Notes: generated by a model from the letters alone, not told the origin. Counted from the stretch's first letter, positions 36,027 through 46,967 are shown. The stretch is DNA of 64,000 bases from Candidatus Bathyarchaeota archaeon (GCA_963832745.1 CAWHVC010000005.1:384001-448000); one strand, 5' to 3'. A program made the numbers and translations.

Positions 36027-38042
36027 TTAATCATTTTTATTGTTGATTATCCCGGGACTGTGAAACAATTGATGTTTAACTGCAGAAGCGATGGGTGCAG
36101 CGCTTAATTCTTCCAAACGCAAGTATCGTCCACCCATTTCAGCAGATATCTGCTTGACTAAACCAAAAGGCAAGAAGCACTGTTCCGTATCCAAAGCAAT
36201 CGAAGGGATACTTGTGGAACCTATTTCACGTGCTACAGCTTTGGCTTCCTCTACAGGATCGCCGCCGTACAAGTTGACGTTCGCACGTCCATCAGAAACC
36301 AGAACCAGAAGAGGAACCGCTTCACGGTCTCGACGCATGCAATCTTTAATGGTTTCCATGCCGAGTTTTAACCCGTGAGCCATCGGCGTACGTCCACCTG
36401 TAGGCAGCTGAGTTAGGCATTTCTGGGCTAAATCTACACTATTAGTAGGAGGTAAAACTAGCTCGGCGGTGTTTTTACGGAAAACAATCATGCCTACGCG
36501 GTCTCGCCGTTGATACGCATCAAGCAAAAGAGACAAAACAGCGCCTTTAGTAGCAACCATGCGTTCCTCAGCAGCCATTGAACCACTGCCGTCAACAACA
36601 AAAACGATTAAATTGCCCATTTTTGTTTCGCGGATTTTTTCCCGCAAATCGTAATTTTCGATGATCAAAGTATTGTTACTTGTGGATTCTTGTTTTCGCC
36701 TGTTCTGGAAGGGCGCAGCTGCGCGCAGAGTAGCATCAAAAGCTAAATCGGAAACTTTTCCTTTTGGAACAGCACTATCAACATAACGCCCTTTTTTGTT
36801 GCCGCTTAACGTTTTGGAACGGCGTCCTGCACTGTTACGTTGCATTTCGTCAAGAACTGGAATGGCAAAAGGTTTTACTGTGTAGGGTTGGTCTGCTTGA
36901 AAAACCTGTTCTTTTCCTGCGGATTCCTGCTGCGGTGGCGAAGCTGAAGGGTTTTCTGTATTTTCATGCTCGGACTCTGGAGGTGACTGGTTTGGCTGCT
37001 TGTCTTGGCTCCATTTTTGAAGGCTGTCTTGAATTTGTTGCTGTTCAAGATTGGGTTCTTCAAAGGGTTGACGCCGGTGACGGTGGGGAAGCACAAGTTC
37101 AGCGGCTTCCTTAATATCGTCTTCAACTACTGTGGTGCGTCCATTGTAAGCGGCAAGGGTGCAGGCTGTTTTGTACATTGCTATATCTGCGCGGTGACCG
37201 TCAACGCCTAAATCAGTGCAGATTTGTGTAATCAAGTTTAGCAGGTCACTGCTCAAGGTTACTTTAGGCAAAAGAGCAGTAGCATCATGAATTTTTTGTC
37301 TAACTTGATTTTGATTATCAAACTGTGAAGCAGCAAAAGCTGAGGGGTCATTTTCGTATGCTACACGGCGCCTAATGATTTCTGCACGGGCTTCCTTGTA
37401 AGGAATGCCTTTAACTTCCACTGAAAGAGCGAAACGGTCAAGCAGTTGAGGTCTTAATTCGCCCTCTTCAGGGTTCATAGTGCCAATAAGAATAAATTGT
37501 GACGGATGGCTAAAGGATACGCCTTCTCTTTCGACATAGTTTACGCCCATTGCGGCGGCGTCAAGCAAAACGTCAACTAAATGGTCATCAAGCAGGTTAA
37601 CTTCGTCAATGTAGAGAATATTACGGTTAGCTTCTGCGAGGATACCGGGCTCGAAATGTTTTTGGCCAGTTTTGATGGCTTTCTCTATGTCGATTGTGCC
37701 GACGAGTCGGTCTTCGGTTGCGCCTACAGGCAACTCTACTACATTAACGGCTCGAGGGGTTACTGGAAGTTTTTTACCTTGTGCGGTTTTTGAGAGGCAG
37801 TCATCGCATAATTCTTTTGGCTTGTTTGGGTCGCAGTGGAATGGGCATCCGGAGACGGCGTCAACATTTGGGAGCAGGTTTGCTATGGCGCGGACGGTTA
37901 GGGATTTGCCGGTTCCTTTTTCGCCTCTGAGGAGTACTCCACCTATTTTTGGGTTGATTACGTTTAGGATTAGGGATAGTTTCATTTTTTCTTGGCCGAC
38001 GATAGCGCTGAAGGGGTAGATGGTTTTGTTTCGTGGGTTCAC
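36027..38042 (-). CDS. Chelatase AAA+/vWA subunit (ChlI-ChlD-like fusion), probable CobN partner
   Basis: [43 protein letters not shown]; vWA MIDAS DGSGS, GGRTP, SDGRAN. Confidence 0.92.
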   Translation of the reverse strand: MNPRNKTIYPFSAIVGQEKMKLSLILNVINPKIGGVLLRGEKGTGKSLTVRAIANLLPNVDAVSGCPFHCDPNKPKELCDDCLSKTAQGKKLPVTPRAVNVVELPVGATEDRLVGTIDIEKAIKTGQKHFEPGILAEANRNILYIDEVNLLDDHLVDVLLDAAAMGVNYVEREGVSFSHPSQFILIGTMNPEEGELRPQLLDRFALSVEVKGIPYKEARAEIIRRRVAYENDPSAFAASQFDNQNQVRQKIHDATALLPKVTLSSDLLNLITQICTDLGVDGHRADIAMYKTACTLAAYNGRTTVVEDDIKEAAELVLPHRHRRQPFEEPNLEQQQIQDSLQKWSQDKQPNQSPPESEHENTENPSASPPQQESAGKEQVFQADQPYTVKPFAIPVLDEMQRNSAGRRSKTLSGNKKGRYVDSAVPKGKVSDLAFDATLRAAAPFQNRRKQESTSNNTLIIENYDLREKIRETKMGNLIVFVVDGSGSMAAEERMVATKGAVLSLLLDAYQRRDRVGMIVFRKNTAELVLPPTNSVDLAQKCLTQLPTGGRTPMAHGLKLGMETIKDCMRRDREAVPLLVLVSDGRANVNLYGGDPVEEAKAVAREIGSTSIPSIALDTEQCFLPFGLVKQISAEMGGRYLRLEELSAAPIASAVKHQLFHSPGIINNKND

Positions 38043-38083
38043 TCTGCTTCCCTCTTAATGGTTGGTTTATTTCAATACTGAAG

Positions 38084-38157
38084 ATATAAACCTTGGTTTA
38101 AATTGAATTAATCCCAAGTTGATAAACTCTGGTTGAGCAAAACATCTAACAGAGTTA
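38084..38157. promoter_or_regulatory. TATA box and phased operator array of the chelatase/corrinoid operon
   Basis: ATATAAACcttggTTTAAattgaaTTAAtcccaaGTTGA, then TAAACtctgGTTGA and TAACagaGTTA; matches 2157-2195. Confidence 0.65.
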
Positions 38158-38205
38158 ACAACCCCAAAAACAAAACAAAAACCAAAAAGAAGACCAAATA
38201 AGCCC

Positions 38206-39423
38206 TTATTGGAAAATCTTCTGAACGCGATAAATTTGCCACCCTACAGGAAAAGTAATCGTTCTAACCAGTTTCCCTTCAGGCGTAACCTCAACAATTA
38301 CGGCGCCAGAATTATCAAAGTCCCAAGGCTGATTCTGATCAAACTGGTGAGTAGGCGTTCCAAAGCAACCCATAAAATTGCCGTTTGGCAGAATTATTGT
38401 GGAACCAAGGTAGGGGGTCCAGTAGCTTTTTGGCGCTGTCCAGCTCCATGTTGTTTTGGCAGTCATATCGGTTTCATTAACACTAACAAGTATCATGCGA
38501 GATTGACAATTGTCAGGGTTAGTTATGTTGTCAAAGTCGTTGTCAAACATGGAGAAAACGTTTGGCGCAACCTGTGCGAGGTCATGACTATGGTACCATA
38601 GGCTGATTGGTGAGCTGCCGTTTTCATCTAAGAGAGTAAAATTGCCGAATTGTCCGCACGCCCAAATTATGCTACCATCCGACTGGTTGATTTTGTAGAA
38701 TGTGTTTGTGTGACGCAGGTTTAAGTAGATTATACTGTTATTGTAGTCCCAATCTAATGCGTTAGCATGCGTGAAATCTATTACTGTTTGGGAACCCACT
38801 GTTACTGTTAGGTTAAAAGGATCAGCTTCAGTTAAGGGTATATTATTATAGGTATCCCAAATCCAAAGGACGCCTCCTGTTGCGTTTACCAATTCAATCT
38901 TGTCATACAAGTAAGTGTTGTTGCCAACGGTTCGAATGTAGGGTTGAAGCGTCATGAAAGTGTTGTTAACAGGATTATAAGCGATATCATGATGGCTCTG
39001 AACATCAGGGAAGTTTGTAGTCTGATTGACAAGATAATTCCAAAAATGTGTTGCAGCCAAAGGATCATTCCCTATCGTAGTTGTGGGTTCGCCTTGAAAA
39101 AGCAAAGTATTAGCTGCTAAATTTTTTATGGCCCAATAATTTTGGCCGCTGGTTTGTCGCCAGTAGAAAAGTTTGCCTTCAGTGTTCATTATAACAAGGG
39201 TACTGCCATACGTGACGTCGAGATTGTTTGGGTCAAGATGCATTGCGCCAAAAGTTATGTTTCCCTGCCAAGCAGCGTCTTTGTCATACGTCTTTATGGT
39301 AAAGGGCAAATCAGGTTGAACAATTTTAGAGTTATTTTGAATCACTAAAAAGAAAACAGCAGTAGCTAAGACAATTATCGCTATAACAAGAAAAGCCAAA
39401 ACTGCCCTTGTTGTTTTAGGCAA
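38206..39423 (-). CDS. Arylsulfotransferase (ASST)-like membrane-anchored beta-propeller protein
   Basis: SHHD, DFTHANAL, NLRH, YHSHD, FDND, YRV motifs; N-terminal TM. Confidence 0.75.
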   Translation of the reverse strand: MPKTTRAVLAFLVIAIIVLATAVFFLVIQNNSKIVQPDLPFTIKTYDKDAAWQGNITFGAMHLDPNNLDVTYGSTLVIMNTEGKLFYWRQTSGQNYWAIKNLAANTLLFQGEPTTTIGNDPLAATHFWNYLVNQTTNFPDVQSHHDIAYNPVNNTFMTLQPYIRTVGNNTYLYDKIELVNATGGVLWIWDTYNNIPLTEADPFNLTVTVGSQTVIDFTHANALDWDYNNSIIYLNLRHTNTFYKINQSDGSIIWACGQFGNFTLLDENGSSPISLWYHSHDLAQVAPNVFSMFDNDFDNITNPDNCQSRMILVSVNETDMTAKTTWSWTAPKSYWTPYLGSTIILPNGNFMGCFGTPTHQFDQNQPWDFDNSGAVIVEVTPEGKLVRTITFPVGWQIYRVQKIFQ

Positions 39424-39465
39424 AAAAATCGCAACAATAAGATATTGTTAGGGGAGGATTTAAGT

Positions 39466-40389
39466 TTAATTTGCATGCAGTTGAAGGTATTTTTGTTTTG
39501 AGAATTTCTTTAATAGTAGCACTGTTAAGGTTCCAAGAAATATTGGTACAGCAATCCAAGACGAGAATTCTGGAATTTCAGGGTTATAGGTGGTTACTTT
39601 AAAGCTTGAACCGTTATCTGTAAGATTTGAAACGTAGGCTAACTGGGTGGAATTATCGCTGGTATGCAATCCTTGGAACATTAGTAATTGAGCAAACGGG
39701 TAACTGTTTATTGGTCCTGTCTGATTGTTGATTGTTGCTGTGCAGTTAGTGTAAGTTAAGCTGCTTATGTTTGCCAGTGTTGCAAGACTCTGGTTCACTG
39801 TGGGTCGTTCAAATATCCATTCCGCAGAATTTTGAGAGGAAGGATAAATTATTGTTCCCTGAAACTGTTCAGTACCATTAGAAACGGTTACCTGCCACAA
39901 GCCAGTATTTGGATTAATAAGAGCTAATGAAGCTGTAATGTTAGCGCCCGGCACAACAGTAAGCGCATCTAATGTAACGGCATCGTTAGGCAAAACTTCA
40001 TACCATAAATCATAAACTGCTTGACCATTTATTGAATCCTGTTCACTTCCCACTTGGATAAGTGAACGGTCAAAAAATCCGCCAACGCCAATCCAAATTG
40101 CAGAGAAAGAATCGTTTTCTGAAACAGTCACCTGCGGAATAGTCCAAGAAGCATTGATTTGAGTCACAGTTTGTGATGGATTTAAAAGATCAGAAGCAGC
40201 AATGTATCCAGCCCAGTTTGAATCATTCTCAATTATTGGCTGATTAGAAATTACAGGCGAATTTGAACAATAAACAGGAGTTGCAGCATAATTTTGGTTT
40301 ATTACGCCGTAAACTGCAAGAATAGCCAAAAATAATATGCCTATGAGAAATAATGACTGAAGTTTGGTCGTTTTACTCAAATCAATCAC
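39466..40389 (-). CDS. Glutamic peptidase family G1 (eqolisin-like) with PEF-type C-terminal anchor
   Basis: SNWAGY, SAIWIGVGG, LIQVG (Gln), WYE, SAEWIFERP (Glu); IPEF + TM + KK. Confidence 0.85.
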   Translation of the reverse strand: MIDLSKTTKLQSLFLIGILFLAILAVYGVINQNYAATPVYCSNSPVISNQPIIENDSNWAGYIAASDLLNPSQTVTQINASWTIPQVTVSENDSFSAIWIGVGGFFDRSLIQVGSEQDSINGQAVYDLWYEVLPNDAVTLDALTVVPGANITASLALINPNTGLWQVTVSNGTEQFQGTIIYPSSQNSAEWIFERPTVNQSLATLANISSLTYTNCTATINNQTGPINSYPFAQLLMFQGLHTSDNSTQLAYVSNLTDNGSSFKVTTYNPEIPEFSSWIAVPIFLGTLTVLLLKKFSKQKYLQLHAN

Positions 40390-40484
40390 CTTTTAGAATA
40401 GAGCCTTCAGCAATACTGCTTTTGAAGACTTAAATGAACTTATGTGACTGTAACAAAACTACCAAAAATCATCAAAAAGGTAAA

Positions 40485-40814
40485 TTATAAGTGTGGTTTA
40501 TCGCATTCTTGCTTAAGGTTTATGTCTTTTATGCGTTTGTTTATTACTTTTTTGATTTGCGGGTCGTCTTCTTTTTTGTCTGCTTCAGTTAGTAACCGTT
40601 TTGCTAAGATGAGGCTTTTTGGACCAAAGGTTTTTGCGAATTTACTTGAACGTTTTTCCAGAAGCCGGAAGTATCGGGGTAGGACACAGACGAAGTTTAA
40701 GGGGTATTGACTGGATTTGTCTAGGTCTACGACGACTAGTTGGATGTCGGAGCCTGTTTGTTGGTTCCCTTTTTTTATAGCGCACAATTTTAGTTTCACG
40801 TTGTACCCCCACAT
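40485..40814 (-). CDS. Hypothetical basic protein
   Basis: Protein-like frame (LVVVDLDKSSQYPLNFVCVLP) with GCGGTTGA upstream; no family recognised. Confidence 0.6.
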   Translation of the reverse strand: MWGYNVKLKLCAIKKGNQQTGSDIQLVVVDLDKSSQYPLNFVCVLPRYFRLLEKRSSKFAKTFGPKSLILAKRLLTEADKKEDDPQIKKVINKRIKDINLKQECDKPHL

Positions 40815-41080
40815 TTCAACCGCTAATTTGTTGTCAAGATTATACTAACTCTTGGTTCAACAATTCCCACATCTTCATAGCTAGGAACGCAACCATATAT
40901 AATTATCCATCAAAAACACCAGAAAAACCCAAAACATAAAAATCTCCAAGAAATGAAAAATCATCAAAGAAAAAACAGCCAAAAAGACAATAATAAGCAA
41001 AAGCAAAAACAAGGTTTTTCAGGCTTAATCTCGACCTTTCTAAGCTAAAAAGTTAAAACCACACAATTCTATGCAACAAT

Positions 41081-43969
41081 ATGGCAAACCCAAGCGCAAC
41101 TTCAGTTTTCACCCTCCTTGCATCGCCAATCCAAGATGCCTTAGCCAAGCTTGGGTTTACAGAACCAACCTTGCCACAAACCAAAGCATTTCCAGCAGTT
41201 CTTAATAACGAAAACGTGCTGCTGGTTGCGCCGACGGGGAGCGGAAAAACAGAGGCGGTCATGTTGCCCGTTCTTTCAAAGCTTGTCGAGTTAAAAGAAA
41301 AACCCTTAGGAATTGCCGTAATTTATATTACTCCTCTGCGTGCGTTAAACCGTGATATGCTTAGGCGTTTGACTTTTTGGGCAGAAGAACTGGGCATAAC
41401 AACGCAAGTTCGCCATGGTGACACTGAACTAAAAACTCGGCGGCAGCAAGCCAAAAAACCACCCCAGATGTTGGTCACCACTCCCGAAACTTTACAGGCG
41501 ATTTTGCCGGGGGCACAGATGAGGCGACACCTCAAAACTGTTCAATACGTGATTGTGGATGAAGTGCATGATTTGGCTTCAAGCAAACGTGGAGCTCAAC
41601 TCTGCTTGGCATTGGAACGCCTACGTGAGGTTACTCAGAGGGATTTTCAGCGAATCGGCTTGTCCGCAACCGTTGGAAACCCCGAGGAAATCGCCAAATA
41701 CATCGCTGGAACCAACCGAAAAATCAACATAATCCAAGCGTCACCAGAAAAAAGTTACCACTACAATGTGGAGAATCCGTCGCCTGTGGAAGCCGATTAT
41801 GATGTTGCAGGAAAACTAGACACTTTACCCGAGGCGGCTGCACGGATTCGGCGTATGCTTGAGTTGATTGATTCTCACCAGTCAACCTTACTTTTTGTTA
41901 ACAGCCGCACCCTTGCTGAAGCGTTAGGGCACAAGTTTATGCTGTTACATCGTGACGACATTGCTGTCCACCATGGCTCCATTTCCAAAGAGGAACGGAT
42001 TGCCATTGAGGACGCTTTTAAGGCTGGCGAGTTGAAGGCAATTATTTGCACTAGTACATTGGAGTTAGGCATTGATGTTGGCAGCGTAGACTTGGTTATT
42101 CAGTACATGTCTCCAAGGCAAGTTAGCAGTCTTATTCAACGTGTTGGTAGAAGCGGTCACAGCCTTTCCAAAGCTTCAGAGGGCACCATTATCACCGTTT
42201 ACCCAGACGACACGTTAGAAGCTTTAGCCAGCGTCAAAAACGCAAAACAAGGCTTAATCGAGCCAGTCTTGATGCATGAAAAAGCCCTTGACGTGCTGGC
42301 GCATCAAATCTGCGGTTGCTTGATGGATGAGCAGCCTGTAACAGTCTCGGAGCTACTGCGGCTAATCCACCGTGCCCATCTTTACCGAAGCCTCCAGAAA
42401 AACGAGCTGCTTGACCTGCTACACTTTTTAGACAGCCTAAACCAATTAAGAATCAACGAAGACGACACGGTTTTGACCAAAACCCGAAAAACCCGCGAAT
42501 ACTACTACAACAACCTATCCATGATACCCGACGAACGCCGCTATCCAGTAATCAACATTTTGAGCGACCGCAAAATCGGCACTTTAGGCGACGAATTCAT
42601 GGCGTTGCACGCGCGGGTGGGCTTGAATTTTATTATGAAGGGCAAAGTGTGGCGTATTGTGCAGATAGAGGAAGAAACGGGAACGGTTCACGTGGTTCCT
42701 TCTGAGGACCCGATGGCGTCGGTGCCAGGTTGGGATGGAGAAATCTTGCCAGTACCGTTTGAGCTTGCACAACAGACCGGGGTTAATAGGCAAAAAATTG
42801 CTGATGCTCTAAAAATAACTGGCAATACGGAAGCGGCAGTGGAAGTTTTAGCCAAGGAATTAGGGTCAGACAAATTCAGCATGCAAACTGCCATCGCAGA
42901 AGTGGAAGAGCACATCAAGCAAGGTGCCCCACTGCCAACACAGGACCATATCGTGATTGAAGTTTACGACAAATACCTTGTTGTTCACGCCTGTTTTGGC
43001 GAATTGGTCAACAAGACATTGGGCGGCATCTTTGATACTGTGCTTTCGGAGCGGGAAGTTATTAGTGGCTGGTGGACTGACGGTTACCGCATCCTAATTG
43101 AGGGTCCACGCAAGTTTAACAAACTTGAAATCGCTGAGTTACCCCAAACCCTTTTCGGTCTAAACGACGAGCAAGTAGATTATGCGTTTGAGAAGTACTT
43201 GCAGGCCAAGTTCCCATTCGGTTATAAGATGAAGTTTGTTGCGGAACGCTTCGGCGTTTTGCCGCGCGGTAAAACGATGAGTTACCAACGCCAAGCCGAA
43301 CTCAAATCGCGTTTTGATAATACGCCGGTTTACCGTGAAACCATCAGGGAAGCCATGATGGAAAAAGTCGACCTTGAACGCGCCAAACAGGTAATGCGGG
43401 ACGTTAAAGAGGGCAAAATTAAGGTTTCAACCCTAATTGACTACGAAAATCCCACGCCACTTGCTTATCACATTCTATCCAAGTTTGCCGACGTAACCGA
43501 GCTGATGGCGCCCGAACGCGTAATCGTCAACAACATAGACAAACTCAAAATGGCAATAGACGCACGCGAAACCACGCTCATGTGCATGAAATGCGGTCAA
43601 TGGAGCACACACCAAAAAATCAAAGAACTGTCAGACCAGCCAGAATGCGGAAACTGCGGCTCAAACCTGCTTGCACCCCTGTATCGAAGCCAAGACGAAT
43701 CCCATTTACGAGATATGCTTCAGCGTAGGCGTGAAAGCAAAGAATTAACTCCGGAAGAGCTTAAAGAACTTAGCCAAGCACGTCGCAAAGCGGATTTGGT
43801 TTTGAGTTACGGCAAAGACGCGGTTAGAGCATTGCAGGTTAAAGGGGTAGGCCCAGAAACTGCCTCACGCATTCTAGGCAAAATGCATCCAGAAGAGAAC
43901 AAATTTTATTTGGACCTGCTAAAGGCTAAGATACAGTTTCTTCGTACAAGAGAATTCTGGGACAAATAA
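41081..43969 (+). CDS. lhr: Lhr-like SF2 helicase
   Basis: APTGSGKT, PLRAL, DEVH, LSAT, HHGS, TSTLELGID, QRVGRSGH; C-terminal CxxC-CxxC. Confidence 0.9.
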   Translation: MANPSATSVFTLLASPIQDALAKLGFTEPTLPQTKAFPAVLNNENVLLVAPTGSGKTEAVMLPVLSKLVELKEKPLGIAVIYITPLRALNRDMLRRLTFWAEELGITTQVRHGDTELKTRRQQAKKPPQMLVTTPETLQAILPGAQMRRHLKTVQYVIVDEVHDLASSKRGAQLCLALERLREVTQRDFQRIGLSATVGNPEEIAKYIAGTNRKINIIQASPEKSYHYNVENPSPVEADYDVAGKLDTLPEAAARIRRMLELIDSHQSTLLFVNSRTLAEALGHKFMLLHRDDIAVHHGSISKEERIAIEDAFKAGELKAIICTSTLELGIDVGSVDLVIQYMSPRQVSSLIQRVGRSGHSLSKASEGTIITVYPDDTLEALASVKNAKQGLIEPVLMHEKALDVLAHQICGCLMDEQPVTVSELLRLIHRAHLYRSLQKNELLDLLHFLDSLNQLRINEDDTVLTKTRKTREYYYNNLSMIPDERRYPVINILSDRKIGTLGDEFMALHARVGLNFIMKGKVWRIVQIEEETGTVHVVPSEDPMASVPGWDGEILPVPFELAQQTGVNRQKIADALKITGNTEAAVEVLAKELGSDKFSMQTAIAEVEEHIKQGAPLPTQDHIVIEVYDKYLVVHACFGELVNKTLGGIFDTVLSEREVISGWWTDGYRILIEGPRKFNKLEIAELPQTLFGLNDEQVDYAFEKYLQAKFPFGYKMKFVAERFGVLPRGKTMSYQRQAELKSRFDNTPVYRETIREAMMEKVDLERAKQVMRDVKEGKIKVSTLIDYENPTPLAYHILSKFADVTELMAPERVIVNNIDKLKMAIDARETTLMCMKCGQWSTHQKIKELSDQPECGNCGSNLLAPLYRSQDESHLRDMLQRRRESKELTPEELKELSQARRKADLVLSYGKDAVRALQVKGVGPETASRILGKMHPEENKFYLDLLKAKIQFLRTREFWDK

Positions 43970-44084
43970 AGTCAGAACCAACCCATTTGGATGCTATTAG
44001 AAACTCATTGCAGAAACCTATAGGGGTAGGTGCTATTGGAGTTTCTGCAAGTCAAAGTATGTTGAAAAAGGGAAAGTAAAGAGT

Positions 44085-46967
44085 TTATTCGATGTAAATT
44101 GCTGGTTGATACGGCATTGCCATCGGTGCACGGTTTTTGGGGTCAAAACGGTCTTTGTCGTCTTCACTGTAAACGCTGACTTCAGCTCCGAAACGGTCCT
44201 TAAGGAAACCCAAAGCGTCGGCAACAATCTGCTTCTCATCGACGGTTTGGATTTTAACCATGTTTGCTTTTCGGTTACTTGCCAGTTTTGTTGATGCTTT
44301 GATGATTTTGGGTACCAAGGCGGCGATGTCTTTCATGTGTGGTTTAAGTTCAGGGTCTGCGGCGAATTCTTTCATGAGTTCGGGAATTTTCGCTTCACCG
44401 GAAACGACTTTTTCGAGGACTTTTAAGTAGATTTGCCATTTCCAAGCTGCAGCAGCGTAGAAGACGAGGCGTTTGGGCGTGATTTTGGTTGCTTTGAGGA
44501 TGTTTTGTGTGTCGGTTAAGATGTCGGTGATTAGGTTTTCTTGCTCTTCAGCGGCAAAATCCAGTTTAGCTTCGTCAAACTCTGGCCATTTAGCTACACT
44601 AATAAAGCCAGTTTCGCCTGTTTGGCTCCAAAGTTCCTCACACATATAAGGAGCAAACGGGGTAAGCATCTTAATCCAAACCTTAACCGTCTCGACAAGC
44701 GCGGCTGCGTTTGCGTTGCCTTTCCTTTGAATGTACCATCGCAGGTCATTCCACACTTCGAAAAGCGCCGTTTGCAGCGCAGTGCGTGTTTTAAGTTCAT
44801 CAAGACTCTCGGTAACTTCACGGATGCGGTACTGCAGTTTGCTTTGCAGCCAACGTTCCAGCACAGTGTTTTCATCCTGTTTGGTGGTTGCGATGATGTT
44901 GCTTGCAAAACCATTTAGGGATTCAAACTTGGTTTTGAGGTCGCTTACGTTGTCTGCTCGCCAGTCTGGGTCATCCATGCCTTCAGCGCCAATCATGAGT
45001 CCACAGCGGGTGGCGTCTGCGCCGTATTTGTCGATGGCGCCTTTCATTGTGATGAAGTTGCCTTTGCTTTTGTGCATGCCTTGACCTTCAACCATGAGCA
45101 TGCCGTTTACGCCGATGCCTTTTGGCCAATGTTCTGGCGGGAACAGGGCGGCGTGGTGGAAGATGCAGAATGAGAGGTGGTTGGGTACGAGTTCTTTTGC
45201 AGAGTTTCTTAGGTCGAATGGGTACCAGTAAAGGAATTCGTTGCGCATTGAATCTAAAAGCTCAACGCTGATGCCGGTTGCGGTGCTAATTTGGTTTTTG
45301 TCGCCTTTGCCATAGTAAATGTAGTCAAAAACTTCTGGAACAAGCGCTTCTGGAGCGATCTTGTTTTGGTTAATGTGCTTGTTTATGGTGTAGAATGCCA
45401 TGTAAATGGTGGAGTCGCTTAAGGTTTCAATTATCCAGCCTTTACCCCAGGGCAACGGCGTTCCAAAACCGGTGGTTCTTGCGCAAGCCCATTCACGGAG
45501 CCAATCGATGGTGGTGTAGAAGCCTGTGCGGGCGCCTTCAGGGTAAATCCTCATTTGCGCCACCACTTCTTTGGCTTTCTCTTTCCACTGCGGGTCAGAA
45601 TAGTTTAGAAACCATTGGTCAGAAAGAATCTTGACAATGCACTGTGTCATGCATCGGCAAACCACTTGTTCAGGCAAATCATACATGCTGTCGGAAACGC
45701 CAAGTTTGTGGAAGTCAGCAATCAATAAATCTTTAACTTCACGGATTGATTTGCCAGCGTAGACGCCGCAGTTGGGTTTTAGTTTGCCGCTGTGGAATTC
45801 TTTCTTGTAAAGCTCTTTAGTGGCTTGATCCGCTTTGGGGTCATGCTGATCTTTGATTCCCATCTGCTCAACAATTTCAACAGCTGGATACTCTCCGAAC
45901 CCGTCAACTTTAATGATTGAAATCGGCTTAATCTGCAAAACCACTTGTGGGTCAACACCGAAATCGCGCATGACTTCGGGTTTCTGCTGCAAATCCTTCA
46001 ATGCCAACCAGTCGAAGGGTGCGTGAGCAGGAACGCTGTAAACGACACCTGTTGCCGTTTTGGGATCAACAAACCAGCCTGGCAGGATCGGGAACTTTTC
46101 GTGGGTAACTGGATTTTCAAATGTTTTGCCGATTAATTCTTTACCTTTGAAAACGCGGTGTATTGTGACGGTTTTTTGTTGCTCTTTTAGTTTTTCTGCG
46201 GCTTCTTGGCTGATTATCCAGTTTTCACTGTTAACCGTGGCTTCTACGTAGGTAGAGTCGGGGTTAATCCACAAGTTGGTTATGCCGTAAATGGTTTCTG
46301 GACGGAAAGTTGCTGCTGGCAAAACTGTGGTTTCATCAAGTTTGTACTTGATTATAGTGTATTCTTCAGGGGTTACGCCTTCACCGATTTGACGGTCATG
46401 GTCGCCGGTGGGGCTTTGGTCTTTTGGACACCAAACAACCGGATGAGTGCCCCGTGTAACGTAGCCTTTTTCTTTTAGGTTTTTGTATTGCCATTCAATA
46501 AATTTCTGAAAAGTCGGCCAAACCGTAGTGAATTCTCTGCGCCAGTCAACTGAGAATCCGATGCGTTTAGCGGCGATTTTGCCTTCACTTGTGTAATATT
46601 GAGCCATATATTTTGGGTCAACAAACTTTTGCAGTTGCTCTTCTGGGACGCCGTCTACTTCGCGCAGGACACGGATGAATTCTTGGTCGCCTCTTGCTAC
46701 ACGTTGACTTGCACCCAGCAGAGGTTGTCCAGTCCAATGCCATGCCCAAGGCCAAAGCACGTTGTAGCCTTGCATGCGTTTGAAGCGGGCGTAAGCGTCA
46801 ACTCTGCTGGCGGAGAAAGCGTGACCAACATGTAAGGGTCCGTTCATGTATGGGAACGGGAATGTTACCATTACTTTTTGTCTTGCCGGGTCTGGGTCTG
46901 CTTCGAATATGTGTGCGGCTTCCCATCGGGATAGCCATTTTTCCTCGACTTGCTTTGTTTGGCTCAT
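44085..46967 (-). CDS. leuS: Leucyl-tRNA synthetase (archaeal type)
   Basis: FPYMNGPLHVGH, editing-domain ATFRPET and SVPAHAPFD, ETLSDSTIY, MHKSKGN. Confidence 0.95.
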   Translation of the reverse strand: MSQTKQVEEKWLSRWEAAHIFEADPDPARQKVMVTFPFPYMNGPLHVGHAFSASRVDAYARFKRMQGYNVLWPWAWHWTGQPLLGASQRVARGDQEFIRVLREVDGVPEEQLQKFVDPKYMAQYYTSEGKIAAKRIGFSVDWRREFTTVWPTFQKFIEWQYKNLKEKGYVTRGTHPVVWCPKDQSPTGDHDRQIGEGVTPEEYTIIKYKLDETTVLPAATFRPETIYGITNLWINPDSTYVEATVNSENWIISQEAAEKLKEQQKTVTIHRVFKGKELIGKTFENPVTHEKFPILPGWFVDPKTATGVVYSVPAHAPFDWLALKDLQQKPEVMRDFGVDPQVVLQIKPISIIKVDGFGEYPAVEIVEQMGIKDQHDPKADQATKELYKKEFHSGKLKPNCGVYAGKSIREVKDLLIADFHKLGVSDSMYDLPEQVVCRCMTQCIVKILSDQWFLNYSDPQWKEKAKEVVAQMRIYPEGARTGFYTTIDWLREWACARTTGFGTPLPWGKGWIIETLSDSTIYMAFYTINKHINQNKIAPEALVPEVFDYIYYGKGDKNQISTATGISVELLDSMRNEFLYWYPFDLRNSAKELVPNHLSFCIFHHAALFPPEHWPKGIGVNGMLMVEGQGMHKSKGNFITMKGAIDKYGADATRCGLMIGAEGMDDPDWRADNVSDLKTKFESLNGFASNIIATTKQDENTVLERWLQSKLQYRIREVTESLDELKTRTALQTALFEVWNDLRWYIQRKGNANAAALVETVKVWIKMLTPFAPYMCEELWSQTGETGFISVAKWPEFDEAKLDFAAEEQENLITDILTDTQNILKATKITPKRLVFYAAAAWKWQIYLKVLEKVVSGEAKIPELMKEFAADPELKPHMKDIAALVPKIIKASTKLASNRKANMVKIQTVDEKQIVADALGFLKDRFGAEVSVYSEDDKDRFDPKNRAPMAMPYQPAIYIE

